64,000 bases of DNA, from NCBI GenBank assembly GCA_965209155.1, contig OZ242383.1:2976001-3040000 (forward strand), read 5' to 3'. The notes under the pieces were generated by a model. It did no database searches and was not told the DNA's origin. It was given only the letters and a program-made list of their open reading frames with translations. The first letter of the stretch is position 1. Each line of letters begins with the position of its first letter. Shown here piece after piece: positions 36,165 to 45,730 of this stretch. Source of the stretch: a bacterium. Its GTDB lineage: Bacteria > SAR324 > NAC60-12. The translations under genes were made by a program, and so were the position numbers.

Positions 36165-38318
36165 TTAGGCAGCAACAATATTTGCGCTTTGAGCAATCCG
36201 GCTGTAAACCACATGGGCTTCTTCAACAAACAGGATTGCTTGTTCAATGGTATAGCGAATATTGGTTTCATCCAACGATGCAAAATCTTCGTCCAGGGTT
36301 TTTAAATAGTAGGCGGCCGGTTTGGCAAAGAAAATTGAATTTTCTACAAAATGGCTTTTGAAGGAATCGGCGGTCACATAATCGCCAAATTCTTCATAAC
36401 CCTGGGTCAGGAGCAGCGCTTTTGCAGCTTTTTCCATTGAAGACTTTGCCAGGTAGTAAGCTTCCCGTGAGCGGCTTTCCTCCAGAAATATTGCAGCCTG
36501 CGCGTTGTTACGGTCGCATTCCTCCAATAAAAATTCGGTACGAGGCAGGAGTTCCCCGGCACATTCCCCTTTTTCCGTACTCAACTGAAATGCGCTTTCC
36601 TCTCCCACGTCAGTAAAAAAACCGGGACTCTCTTCATAAGTGGGCAAAGTCATTAAATCGGCCAATTCTTCTTTGACTTTCTTTTTTCCGACACGTTCCA
36701 CAAATTGAGCGAAACTTTCATCCGCTTCCCGGAAATTTTCATAAAATCGGTTCACCCGCTCAATAGCTTCCGGAACACGGTGAGGGGATATTTTCCCCAC
36801 AGCCAATCCATACGATTGCGCATTGCCGGTGGTAGTGCCTCCCAGAAGCATTTGAAATACGGGTGCAATCCGACCTTCCTTGGACTGGGCAGAACCAAAG
36901 AAACCGAGATCAGCAATGTGGTGTTGCCCACAGGAATTGGGACAGCCACTGACTTTGATCTTCATTCCCGTTTTTTCACCGAGTTCGTACAAATTGTTCT
37001 GGAATTGCTCATGAAGCATGGCTGCCAACCCTCTCGAAGCAGTAATTCCCAGTTTGCAGGAATCGGTACCGGGGCAAGCGGTGACATCACTGAGGGTATT
37101 GCTGTGACCATGCAATCCCAATTGCTTGAGGTCTTCATACAGAAAAGGCAATTCGGCATTGGAAACCCAGCGAAAGACGATGTTTTGTTCCGCACTCAAA
37201 CGGATCGTGTCTTGGATATATTGACTGGAAAATTTCACCAAACGGCGCAATTGATCGGCGCTGATGTCTCCCAATGGGCAAAATATATGGGCGATGGAAT
37301 ATCCTTCCTGTTGTTGAGCTTCAACATTGTGCTGGAACCATTTTTTGAATTCATCGCTCTGCGCTTCCAAATCCAGGGAAGATGGTGGTTTTGAGGGAGA
37401 TTCACTATAATTGGAATATTTGGCGAAAATGGTTGCTCCTGCTTGGTTACCACCAATTTTGATCCGTTCTTCTTCAATCATCTCACGCACGGGGTCGATT
37501 CCGAGTTTATCCACGACAAATTTAAAACGCGCCCGATTGCGGTTACGACGCTCCCCATGGCGAGTAAAAATCCGGGCAATGGCCTGCGCTACGGAAAACA
37601 ACTCTTCCCGCGGAATGAATTCATACAACTGGCGCGCTTTGCGAGGCACCGCACCGAGACCGCCACCGATGAGCAACTCAAACCCTTGCACCGCTTTTCC
37701 TTCGATTTGCCGTACCTGAGCAATGGCTCCGATATCATGCATGTAGGCCAAACCGCACATTTCCCCAGCGCAACCCGAATAAGAAATTTTGAATTTCCGA
37801 CCGAAATCCTGAGCTTCGGGATGCTTCAATAAAAATTCGGACATGGCCAGGGCATCCGGGGTGGTATCAAATGCTGCGGATGCGCAAACTCCACTCTTGG
37901 TGCATGCGCACACGTTGCGGACTACGTTTCCACAGGCTTCCAAGGTGGTGATCCCTGCTCGAGCCAGCCGTTTCAGTAATTCTGGCGTATCCCGGATGTT
38001 GACGTTATGATATTGGATATCCTGACGCGTTGTGACATGCGAAACCCCGTCTGCCATTTCTTCAGACAAATCTGCCATGGTCTTCAGCTGCTCAGTGGAG
38101 ACCATACCCAGTGGGAGTTTGATCCGAATCATCTGTTGATTGGGTTGGCGCTGTCCGTACACTCCATGGCGCAGACGAAATTCCGTGAAAATCGCTTCCG
38201 GAACCTCCCCATTGAGCCAGCGGTTGAGTTCGGTTTCGTAAAGCTCCAAATGCCTGGACAAATCTGTTTCGTCAATAATATGCTGCCAACACTCTTGGGT
38301 GGATTCAATTGTAGTCAT
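36165..38318 (-). CDS. Siroheme nitrite/sulfite reductase (ferredoxin-type Sir) with a C-terminal helical (HEPN-like) extension
   Basis: RLRHGVYGQRQ, TTRQDIQ, ACGNVVRN, RKFKI, CPGTDSC, SGCPNSCG. The context with cysH and tusA favours sulfite. Confidence 0.9.
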   Translation of the reverse strand: MTTIESTQECWQHIIDETDLSRHLELYETELNRWLNGEVPEAIFTEFRLRHGVYGQRQPNQQMIRIKLPLGMVSTEQLKTMADLSEEMADGVSHVTTRQDIQYHNVNIRDTPELLKRLARAGITTLEACGNVVRNVCACTKSGVCASAAFDTTPDALAMSEFLLKHPEAQDFGRKFKISYSGCAGEMCGLAYMHDIGAIAQVRQIEGKAVQGFELLIGGGLGAVPRKARQLYEFIPREELFSVAQAIARIFTRHGERRNRNRARFKFVVDKLGIDPVREMIEEERIKIGGNQAGATIFAKYSNYSESPSKPPSSLDLEAQSDEFKKWFQHNVEAQQQEGYSIAHIFCPLGDISADQLRRLVKFSSQYIQDTIRLSAEQNIVFRWVSNAELPFLYEDLKQLGLHGHSNTLSDVTACPGTDSCKLGITASRGLAAMLHEQFQNNLYELGEKTGMKIKVSGCPNSCGQHHIADLGFFGSAQSKEGRIAPVFQMLLGGTTTGNAQSYGLAVGKISPHRVPEAIERVNRFYENFREADESFAQFVERVGKKKVKEELADLMTLPTYEESPGFFTDVGEESAFQLSTEKGECAGELLPRTEFLLEECDRNNAQAAIFLEESRSREAYYLAKSSMEKAAKALLLTQGYEEFGDYVTADSFKSHFVENSIFFAKPAAYYLKTLDEDFASLDETNIRYTIEQAILFVEEAHVVYSRIAQSANIVAA

Positions 38319-38388
38319 GTTTGCCTTTTAAATAATATTTATCTCCCGAACCCGTTCCTTTTCCTGGGAGTTTCCGAGCTGATAAGGA

Positions 38389-38844
38389 TTAAATATAATA
38401 GATAAAACCCTGGTTGGTCCGGGAACGCACTTTGACTTCCCGTTTCATAATATCCTGTAAACTGATCGTGTCTAAAACCCGTGCAATCGCTTCCTGAACT
38501 TCTGCCCATACGCCAAAAAAATGAAGGCGTCCTTCATGGAGGGATTTCAATTGAGGCAATGGCTCTGAATGCTCCAATGAGAACCAGCGTTTGTCTACCA
38601 ACCGGATGATATCTCCCAAAAAAATCTCGTCTGGTGGTTTTGCCAGAGCATATCCTCCACTGGGTCCTTTTCTACTTTCCACGTATCCTGCTTTTTTCAA
38701 CTGGAGCATGATTTGTTCGAGATACTTGTTTGGAATCCCCTGGGCCTTGGAAAGATCCGAGACCCGTACCAGTTTATTGTTGTAGTAATGCGAAAGTTCC
38801 AACACCGCGCGCAGCGCATAATCACATCGAGTTGTGCGTTTCAT
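38389..38844 (-). CDS. Rrf2 family transcriptional regulator (CymR-like, lacking the Fe-S Cys triad)
   Basis: YALRAVLEL, IPNKYLEQI, VESRKGPSGGYALAKPPDEI; AAGGAG RBS before ATG 38844. Confidence 0.93.
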   Translation of the reverse strand: MKRTTRCDYALRAVLELSHYYNNKLVRVSDLSKAQGIPNKYLEQIMLQLKKAGYVESRKGPSGGYALAKPPDEIFLGDIIRLVDKRWFSLEHSEPLPQLKSLHEGRLHFFGVWAEVQEAIARVLDTISLQDIMKREVKVRSRTNQGFIYYI

Positions 38845-38952
38845 ACGCACTCCTTTTTAGAGTATATAAATATGAAATTTGTTTGAATAAGTCAAGATTT
38901 ATAATTATTTTTTTTTAATATTAATAAAATCAGTATCTTATAAATTCAAATT

Positions 38953-39036
38953 ATCTGACTAATTTAATAGGAAATATTGATTTTCTATCCGAATACGCTT
39001 CATTTTAATCAAAAACATACTAATAAACTAGGAAAA
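38953..39036 (-). promoter_or_regulatory. Two candidate Rrf2 operator sites
   Basis: Minus strand ATTTCCTATTAAATTAGTCAGAT (38953-38975) and TTTTCCTAGTTTATTAGTATGTT (39014-39036) share TTTCCTAnTnnATTAGT, which resembles IscR/CymR-type boxes. Confidence 0.55.
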
Positions 39037-39049
39037 ATTCGATTTCTGA

Positions 39050-40540
39050 TTATTGAAAGGAAAGACAAGCATGACGCGCCTGTTCCAATTGATTCCTCGC
39101 TTTTTGCAGAAAGCGGGAATGCTGCTCGAGGGAATGGGAAAGCGCCTTGATTTGACCCGGCAAGGATTCAGGATTGGGAGATCCCTGGTGTTGTCGCTGT
39201 TTCAGAAGAAAAAGGGGATCGTTGAAGGATTTGACGGTCTCCGGGGAAATTTCTCCAGGACAGCCTGTTTCCCGCATGGCTCGCTCTAATGCTGTTTGCG
39301 TGAGATGCCCGGCATCTCTGGCATATTCTACGGCCAATGCCAAAACCTGGTAGCATTTCCGGAAAGACAAATTGAGGGTGCGTGCCAGGTGATCAGCCAC
39401 ATCAACTGCATTGATAAACCCTTCCTCGGATTTTCGACGCATCACTTCTTTGCGCACGGTCAGTCCTTCGAATACGCTTTTAAGGATCAAAGGGGTCGGC
39501 TCGCATTCTCGAATGACGTCCATCACCAGGTATTTGGTCATCTGCGTATCCCGGTTGAAACCGCTCAAGTTTCCTTTTTGAATGCCCAACAGGCTCATCA
39601 GGATCCCATGGCTCAGCGAGGCTTTTGCTTTGATCACTTCCGCAAAATCAGGATTTTTTTTCTGCGGCATGATGGAAGAACCCGTGACCATGCTTTCATC
39701 GATTTCAATCATTCCCACATACGGCAAACTGAGGAAAATCAAATCCTGCGCAATGATACTCAGACGATTCATCGCCATCGCGAAGGTTTGAGTCAGCTGC
39801 GTTTCATTTTCCCAACGAGAGACGATGCAGTCCAAGGTGTTGCTGTCGATCAAGTCGAATCCAAGCAACTCCGAGGTACGTTGACGGTTTATTGGCCAGG
39901 AGGTACCGAAGGACGCAGCAGCTCCCAATGGATTACGATTGATCAATTGGTATGCGAAAGCAACCCGTTCCAGGTCACGAGAAAGCCCTTGCACGTAGGA
40001 ACTCACCCAATGCCCCCAACTGGTCACCATTCCAGGTTGATAGTGGGTAAATCCGGGCATGACAGTTTGCGCGTGATGCTGCGCATGGGAGAGCAAAGCG
40101 GTGGAAAGCGCGGTCAGATTCTCTCCTAACCGCAAGCAGACGTCACGCATGAAAAGCCGCATATCGCAGACGATTTGATCATTACGACTCCGTCCGGTAT
40201 GAAGCGTTCCTCCTACTGCAAGCCCATATTTTTCCGTCAAGAACGATTCAATATTGATGTGTACGTCTTCTTTTTGAGGATCCAACGAAAATTTCCCTGC
40301 CTCCACCAGGGACTGTAACTCGCCAAGTCCTTGCAGGATCAAGGAAAGTGTCTGGGAAGTGATGATATTTTGTTCAAAGAGCATGATCGCGTGGGCGCGG
40401 TTGGTCCAGAGATCATAAGGCAGCAAAACGGCATCGGCCATTGGCAGGGAATGTACGTCGCGTCCTGCGCAAAAAAGGACATTTTGCTCTTCGGGCTTCT
40501 CGTTCAAAGGGCTACTCCAAACCTGTTTTCTAAGAGTCAT
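39050..40540 (-). CDS. argH: Argininosuccinate lyase
   Basis: EDVHINIE, LHTGRSRNDQ, MPGFTHYQ, GSSIMPQKKNPD. Confidence 0.93.
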   Translation of the reverse strand: MTLRKQVWSSPLNEKPEEQNVLFCAGRDVHSLPMADAVLLPYDLWTNRAHAIMLFEQNIITSQTLSLILQGLGELQSLVEAGKFSLDPQKEDVHINIESFLTEKYGLAVGGTLHTGRSRNDQIVCDMRLFMRDVCLRLGENLTALSTALLSHAQHHAQTVMPGFTHYQPGMVTSWGHWVSSYVQGLSRDLERVAFAYQLINRNPLGAAASFGTSWPINRQRTSELLGFDLIDSNTLDCIVSRWENETQLTQTFAMAMNRLSIIAQDLIFLSLPYVGMIEIDESMVTGSSIMPQKKNPDFAEVIKAKASLSHGILMSLLGIQKGNLSGFNRDTQMTKYLVMDVIRECEPTPLILKSVFEGLTVRKEVMRRKSEEGFINAVDVADHLARTLNLSFRKCYQVLALAVEYARDAGHLTQTALERAMRETGCPGEISPETVKSFNDPLFLLKQRQHQGSPNPESLPGQIKALSHSLEQHSRFLQKARNQLEQARHACLSFQ

Positions 40541-40778
40541 TTTGTCTCGTCAGAAAGGAAAGACTCCCATGAAAGGATCGTCTGAAGTATCATGGATTGG
40601 TCTCCGTTTTGCATTTGTATGGGTACATTTTGATTGTTTCCACTTTACTACAAAATCTGAAATTAGTCAGTCATTCCTTTGCGCAGTTCGGTAACGAGGA
40701 CTGAATTCCGATCCTCGAAATAACTCGTAAAACATAGTAAAAGTGGTTTTGTGAAGAGGTATGCAGCCAGACAGAAAT

Positions 40779-41022
40779 CTGGATCCCCACTCCTCGCTCC
40801 CTGCTTTCGCAGGGACAAGTTTAGCGAGGATGACATAGATCAGGATACTCCTATTATTGAAGATTTATGTCGAAATCGGGTTAAAAAATGAAACTTGCTA
40901 AAAAATACGTGAATCAGGAGTTAAAAACCGTGTCATTCCTGGCTTGACCAGGAATCCAGGGGGATACGGACGATAGTTTGGATGCCGGATCATCCCGGAC
41001 TGGATCCGGGACCAGCATGACA
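40779..41022. repeat. Cluster of GTCAT...GGATCCAG-type REP-like palindromes, some nested
   Basis: 40779-40835 (reverse orientation, inner TCCCTGCTTTCGCAGGGA); 40931-40959 TGTCATTCCTGGCTTGACCAGGAATCCAG; 40979-41022 (reverse, inner TCCCGGACTGGATCCGGGA). Confidence 0.75.
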
Positions 41023-41117
41023 CATCATAATTAATCTCATTAAACCACCAGCTCTGCTGGTGCGAACCTAATAGGCTTTGCCGGTCAGACATGAGAAACG
41101 TATCCGTGTCCGTGAGC

Positions 41118-41518
41118 CGTGCTCGTGCTCGTGAACGGTCAGTGAATTCGACGGCACATTTTGGTTAACATAGAAACAATGCGATGAAGTAACTGTTTCC
41201 CTTCGTCAAATAAAGGAGGCTGGATGATCTTCAACACGTTTAAAACATCGAGAATAGCAGCGCATTCCATTGCGGAACCTCGGGCCAATGCATAGAATCG
41301 TTGCTTGTCAGGAAAGGAATTTTTTCCACAGCCTTCTGCGATATTGAGAGGAATCGACCATGAGGCCCTTTTCAGTTGGTCAACTAAGGCTGAGTATCCT
41401 TTTGGCAATGTTTCGATGACTTGGACAGATAACGCTAAAAATTCGATGGAACATGGGTATACATCGAGTTTTTCATGATCAAACATGGCAGCCTTTTTCG
41501 TTCACGAGCACGAGCACG
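41118..41518. mobile_element. Four-helix-bundle gene enclosed by perfect 20-bp hexamer-based inverted repeats (putative mobile cassette)
   Basis: CGTGCTCGTGCTCGTGAACG (41118-41137) and CGTTCACGAGCACGAGCACG (41499-41518); degenerate hexamers extend further outward. Confidence 0.6.
41139..41486 (-). CDS. Four-helix-bundle protein (23S rRNA IVS protein / bAvd-like family)
   Basis: MFDHEKLDVY, DQLKRASWSIPLNIAEGCG, FYALARGSAMECAAILD. Confidence 0.93.
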   Translation of the reverse strand: MFDHEKLDVYPCSIEFLALSVQVIETLPKGYSALVDQLKRASWSIPLNIAEGCGKNSFPDKQRFYALARGSAMECAAILDVLNVLKIIQPPLFDEGKQLLHRIVSMLTKMCRRIH

Positions 41519-41564
41519 TCTTACGATGACGAACACGTTTTGCCCTCATACTGGGGGTCTCTTC

Positions 41565-41594
41565 AAGCCACCGGCTCTGCCGGTGGTGATGACT
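41565..41594 (+). mobile_element. Isolated IS200/IS605-type subterminal hairpin (IS end relic)
   Basis: AAG-CCACCGGC-TCT-GCCGGTGG-TGATGACT; no transposase nearby. Confidence 0.5.
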
Positions 41595-41658
41595 TTTAAA
41601 TTATTGATTTTATAAATTAAATTTCAACTCCTGATTCGCATAAAAATAGGAAACGAGT

Positions 41659-42456
41659 ATGAGCACGCAGGAAGACGGACGGGTCGACAGAGAGATCTCG
41701 GTCGAGGTATCCGACCATGTAGCATGTGTCGAAATTCGACGTCCACCCAATAATTTCTTCGATTTTACTCTCATTCGCGAACTTGCGGAAGTCTACGAGT
41801 CACTGGATGTACGAAACGACTGCCGTGCCATCGTCCTTTGCTCGCAAGGTAAACACTTTTGCGCCGGTGCGGAACTGACTGCGCAACAATCCTGGGGAGA
41901 AAAGCAGCTCGAGAGCCAGGCGGGAAATCTCTATATGGAAGCCGTGCGCTTGTTTCGTGCTTCAACACCGGTGATTGCCGCCGTGCATGGGGCTGCCATC
42001 GGGGGCGGATTGGGATTGGCCTTGTCGGCCGACTTTCGAGTGACCTGCCCCGAAGCGCGTTTTTCTGCCAACTTTGCTCGTCTCGGTTTCCACCACGGCT
42101 TTGGTCTGAGTGTGACCTTACCTCGTATTGTCGGGCCAACTCGAGCCGAATTACTCTTACTCAGCGGTCGACGTATAAATGGCGAGGATGCTTTTGCGAT
42201 GGGTCTGGCTGAAGAATTGGTCCCACGTGATTCCGTGCGTTCACGTGCGCACGCCCTTGCCTGCGAGATCGCGCAATCCGCCCCGCTTTCACTGCGAGAG
42301 ATACGATCTACTATGCGAGGAAACCTTGCTGATGAAGTGGCACGGGCGACTGAGCACGAACTCGAAATGCAGAGCATGCTCAGCGCAACTTCCGATTTTC
42401 GCGAAGGGGTGCTGGCGATGGAAGAACGACGCACTCCGCGATTTGAAGGGAAATAA
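41659..42456 (+). CDS. Enoyl-CoA hydratase/isomerase family protein
   Basis: GKHFCAGA, PVIAAVHGAAIGGGLGLALSADFR, DFREGV.A..ERR.P.F.G. Confidence 0.93.
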   Translation: MSTQEDGRVDREISVEVSDHVACVEIRRPPNNFFDFTLIRELAEVYESLDVRNDCRAIVLCSQGKHFCAGAELTAQQSWGEKQLESQAGNLYMEAVRLFRASTPVIAAVHGAAIGGGLGLALSADFRVTCPEARFSANFARLGFHHGFGLSVTLPRIVGPTRAELLLLSGRRINGEDAFAMGLAEELVPRDSVRSRAHALACEIAQSAPLSLREIRSTMRGNLADEVARATEHELEMQSMLSATSDFREGVLAMEERRTPRFEGK

Positions 42457-42573
42457 TAACCTCCCCCTGGTATATTTTGCTTTCAAACGGATTCCGCTTG
42501 CGCCTCGCATCATGAGCAATCATCGCGCTCAGTTGCAAAAGAAAGAGTTTGGATCCGCTCAAACAAGCTCCAT

Positions 42574-43452
42574 CTAGACGACAATGACGGGGTTTTCCAG
42601 CGTCCCGATTCCCGCAATCGTGATGCTGATCACATCGCCTTGCTGAAGGGTGAATCCAGACGGGGGATGACAATCACATCCGGTGAGTACTGTCGTCAAG
42701 TCGGGCATGGCGTTGGACCGTTGGATCCAGTCGGCCAGTTGGACGCAACTGCGGGCCAAATGGGACGTGGAGCTCTCGCCGTGCCACACTACTTTGTTGT
42801 CACGTCTGGTAGAGCAGCGTAAATCCAGGTTCTCAGGGGTTTGGATCGATTCCGCAGTCACGAAGCAGGGCCCGATGGCGCAGCTCCGATTATAGACTTT
42901 GGCCTGGGGCTGGTAATACGTATTTTCTCCCTCGATGGAGATGGCGCTCATGTCGTTGGCGACGGTGTAGCCAATGATCTCCCCCTGGTAGAGCACAAAG
43001 GCGAGTTCAGGCTCCGGGATGTTGACCGCGCTGTCCTCCCGGATTCCAACGGATTCAAAGGGGCCGACGCATCGTTGGGGCGTTGCCTTGAAGAAAAGCA
43101 TCGGGCGCTCTGCCTTATAGATCTTGATGTAACTTTCTGAGGCCTTGCTCAGGTCTTTGTTATAGGTCGCGCCGGCACCCCACACTTCCGGAGGGTCGAA
43201 GGGACGAGCCAGTCGCAGATCGCTTTTTTCATCTAAGACCTCCTCCATTTTCAGGATTTGGGGCTGGCCGGATGCGATGATCCGTTCTGCAATCTGGTCT
43301 ATGCTGACTCCGGAGAGGGATGCGGCCCGAGCAATGACTTCCAGGCCTGATAGATTTTCATCCACCGAAGTCAGGTCGGCGAGGAGGCCTTCCTCTTGTT
43401 CCACGGCAAATCGGGAGCCGCCATTTGCTGAAATGAGTTTGTAATACTTCAT
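42574..43452 (-). CDS. Fumarylacetoacetate hydrolase family protein (KdaD/XylX-like), copy A
   Basis: PEVWGAGATY, RPMLFFKA, PEPEL, GYTVANDMSA..IEGEN..Y.PQAKVY. Confidence 0.9.
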   Translation of the reverse strand: MKYYKLISANGGSRFAVEQEEGLLADLTSVDENLSGLEVIARAASLSGVSIDQIAERIIASGQPQILKMEEVLDEKSDLRLARPFDPPEVWGAGATYNKDLSKASESYIKIYKAERPMLFFKATPQRCVGPFESVGIREDSAVNIPEPELAFVLYQGEIIGYTVANDMSAISIEGENTYYQPQAKVYNRSCAIGPCFVTAESIQTPENLDLRCSTRRDNKVVWHGESSTSHLARSCVQLADWIQRSNAMPDLTTVLTGCDCHPPSGFTLQQGDVISITIAGIGTLENPVIVV

Positions 43453-43538
43453 GTTTTCCTTTCATTTTATCTGATGAAACCACGTCCTTTGGGCGAGGAG
43501 GCCTAGTTGTGGTCAGAGACAATCGGCTCGGCCAGAAA

Positions 43539-43690
43539 CGTGCCCGTGTTCGTAATCGTGCTCGTGCTCGATAGAAACGTTCCCGATTCCCTTGAGATGG
43601 AGATTCCGAATAGAAGAGACGGCAGGGAATCCAGGATTCTCTGGGATGCCATTTCGTTCACGAGCACGGCTCACGATTACGATCACGAGC
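43539..43690. repeat. Gene-less hexamer (GTGCTC/CACGAG) inverted-repeat element, copy A
   Basis: Left arm CGTGCCCGTGTTCGTAATCGTGCTCGTGCTCG, right arm CGTTCACGAGCACGGCTCACGATTACGATCACGAGC; same family as the arms at 41118 and 41499. Confidence 0.75.
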
Positions 43691-43698
43691 CGCCCCTT

Positions 43699-43881
43699 TA
43701 ATCCCAGCACACGCTCAAGCTGTTCACGGTCTGTATAGCCACCACCCTATCCGTGCATCTTACCCACCATGACGTCGATGACATCGCCGGGGATGAAGCG
43801 CACCGAGAGAAAGACCAGGATACTCAGGAGAAACAGGGTCGGGATCATGAGCAATAACCGCCTGATGAATTAGGTTCTCAT
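43699..43881 (-). pseudogene. 5' remnant of a DppB permease
   Basis: Near-identical to 52141-52323, but codon 4 is TAA instead of TAT and a TGG has become TAG. The remainder of the gene is deleted. Confidence 0.9.
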
Positions 43882-43942
43882 GGGAAACCCCCTCCCTAAC
43901 CCCTCCCGCCAGGGGAGGGGAAACAAGGTTTTAACATGGCTT

Positions 43943-45730
43943 CTAATGCCCCATTTCTTTCTTCAGCGCACTATCAATCCAGAGGCGGGCCATGAAGGTA
44001 TTACGTGAGGCCCGTTGCATACCTGATTCACCGAAATAACCCTCGACCCACGGCTGGCTCACGTAAAACTTAGGGGCTTGGGGTTTGAGTATGGCATAGT
44101 GATCCCTTACCGTTTTCTCATCGGCCTCTCGATGTAAGCTCATCGACTCCTCCATGGTGGCAGCGACTTTCATGGCGGCAACTATGTCGTGCATTCGCTG
44201 GTCCTTCGTTTTGGGCCAATGACCATCGGCGCAATTTGATAAACAATATATATCCTTGTTGGGGGCGAACCAGCTATAATACCCAAAATTGTGTAAATCC
44301 CACTTCATCGTCGGCCCCCTTCGGGCAGCTCCCTTGTCGGCCGCAGTAACCACTTCAATCTCGCTATCAACGCCAATGGCATCGAAGTACGACACGAGTA
44401 TTTCTGCATAGGTCGTTTCAAACTTTTCCGCACTGCCTAGCTTGACCTTGAATCTATAGCCGTCGGCGCGGCGTGGATATCCAGCCGCATCAAGGATCTC
44501 CTCGGCCCTTTCCGGATTATAGGTATATTCTTGCTTGACCTCGTCCGGCCAGTCTTCAACTGGCCAGCTCCACCCTTTAGAAGCTTGATTTATTGTCCCA
44601 TAAAGTGATGTATCTCCAAAACCCTTAAAGAATGAATTGTTGATTGCCTCGTTGTCCACTGACATCTGCAGTGCCTTGCGCACATTGACGTCTTGCATGA
44701 GCTCCGAAGACTGGTTAAAACCGAAAATGTCAATGACAATGGAATAAATGGTCCACAACTCGATTTCAGGGTTGCTCTTCTGGAGGCTCTCTACATAGTC
44801 GGGACTCAGTATATAAGCGTCGCCGGCTTCAGTCAGCAAATCAATCTTACCCGTGCGCATTGCCGATATACGTGTCGCTGACTCTGGCATAGCCAGGCTC
44901 ACCAACTTGTCAGTATAGGGCAGGCGGTTCTCCGGCCATTTTTCGTCGTATTTCCAGTAGTTAGGATTCTTCTCCCAGGTTGCCGAGCTGTCCTGGACGT
45001 ACTCAGTCAGTCGATAGGGCCCGGTGCCGACCGCGTTCCTCCAATCCTGAGCGTCGCCGAATTTCTCGATTACCTCGGGGGCGTACACAAAAAGGTAGGT
45101 GTGGAGCATTTTCCCCAGCACATCGGCGTCAGGCTTTGCCAGCTTAACCTCAACCGTCCATCTGTCGGTGGCCGTTACCGATTCGTACGAGAGACCATTC
45201 GTTATATCCTCAACTTCGGGGCTGATTCCGAGTTCGCTGAATTCACCCAGACCCAAATAGCGGTGATAGTTCCATTCGACGTCATAAGCATCGAACTGAC
45301 GACCGTTCACCGGCTCCTTATTGTCCCAGAAAACGCCCTGGCGGATGTGCCAGATGAACGTTGTGGGGTCGGGCTGCGACCAGCTTTCCGCCAGACACCC
45401 TGTGGTCATCGCTGGGGTCACAAAGTGGTAAAAGTCAGCGGTCTTTTCCCTGGATAGTCCCCAGTCGGCAAAGGCCAGCTTCTCATTAACACCACTGATG
45501 AGGACAGGCGCCCAGCCACCAGCGTACCACACGTCAACACTCTTAGGATAGCGCTTCATGCCAAACGTGAGTGTCCCGCCATACTCATGCGCAGTCCACG
45601 TCTGGCCGGTGGCGGGATCGAACACCGTCTCTTTCTCAGCCGCCACAGTCGAACTGACCCCGAATGCGACCAACATCAGGATCAGGGTTAACAACAATGA
45701 TTGGATTTTTCTTGTTTTACTTTTTACCAT
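43943..45730 (-). CDS. Family-5 ABC substrate-binding protein, copy A
   Basis: Signal peptide; YGGTLT, LAESWSQPD, VGTGPY, WEKNPNYW, VRKALQM, AGYP; AGGAGG RBS before ATG 45730; 595 aa. Confidence 0.93.
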   Translation of the reverse strand: MVKSKTRKIQSLLLTLILMLVAFGVSSTVAAEKETVFDPATGQTWTAHEYGGTLTFGMKRYPKSVDVWYAGGWAPVLISGVNEKLAFADWGLSREKTADFYHFVTPAMTTGCLAESWSQPDPTTFIWHIRQGVFWDNKEPVNGRQFDAYDVEWNYHRYLGLGEFSELGISPEVEDITNGLSYESVTATDRWTVEVKLAKPDADVLGKMLHTYLFVYAPEVIEKFGDAQDWRNAVGTGPYRLTEYVQDSSATWEKNPNYWKYDEKWPENRLPYTDKLVSLAMPESATRISAMRTGKIDLLTEAGDAYILSPDYVESLQKSNPEIELWTIYSIVIDIFGFNQSSELMQDVNVRKALQMSVDNEAINNSFFKGFGDTSLYGTINQASKGWSWPVEDWPDEVKQEYTYNPERAEEILDAAGYPRRADGYRFKVKLGSAEKFETTYAEILVSYFDAIGVDSEIEVVTAADKGAARRGPTMKWDLHNFGYYSWFAPNKDIYCLSNCADGHWPKTKDQRMHDIVAAMKVAATMEESMSLHREADEKTVRDHYAILKPQAPKFYVSQPWVEGYFGESGMQRASRNTFMARLWIDSALKKEMGH

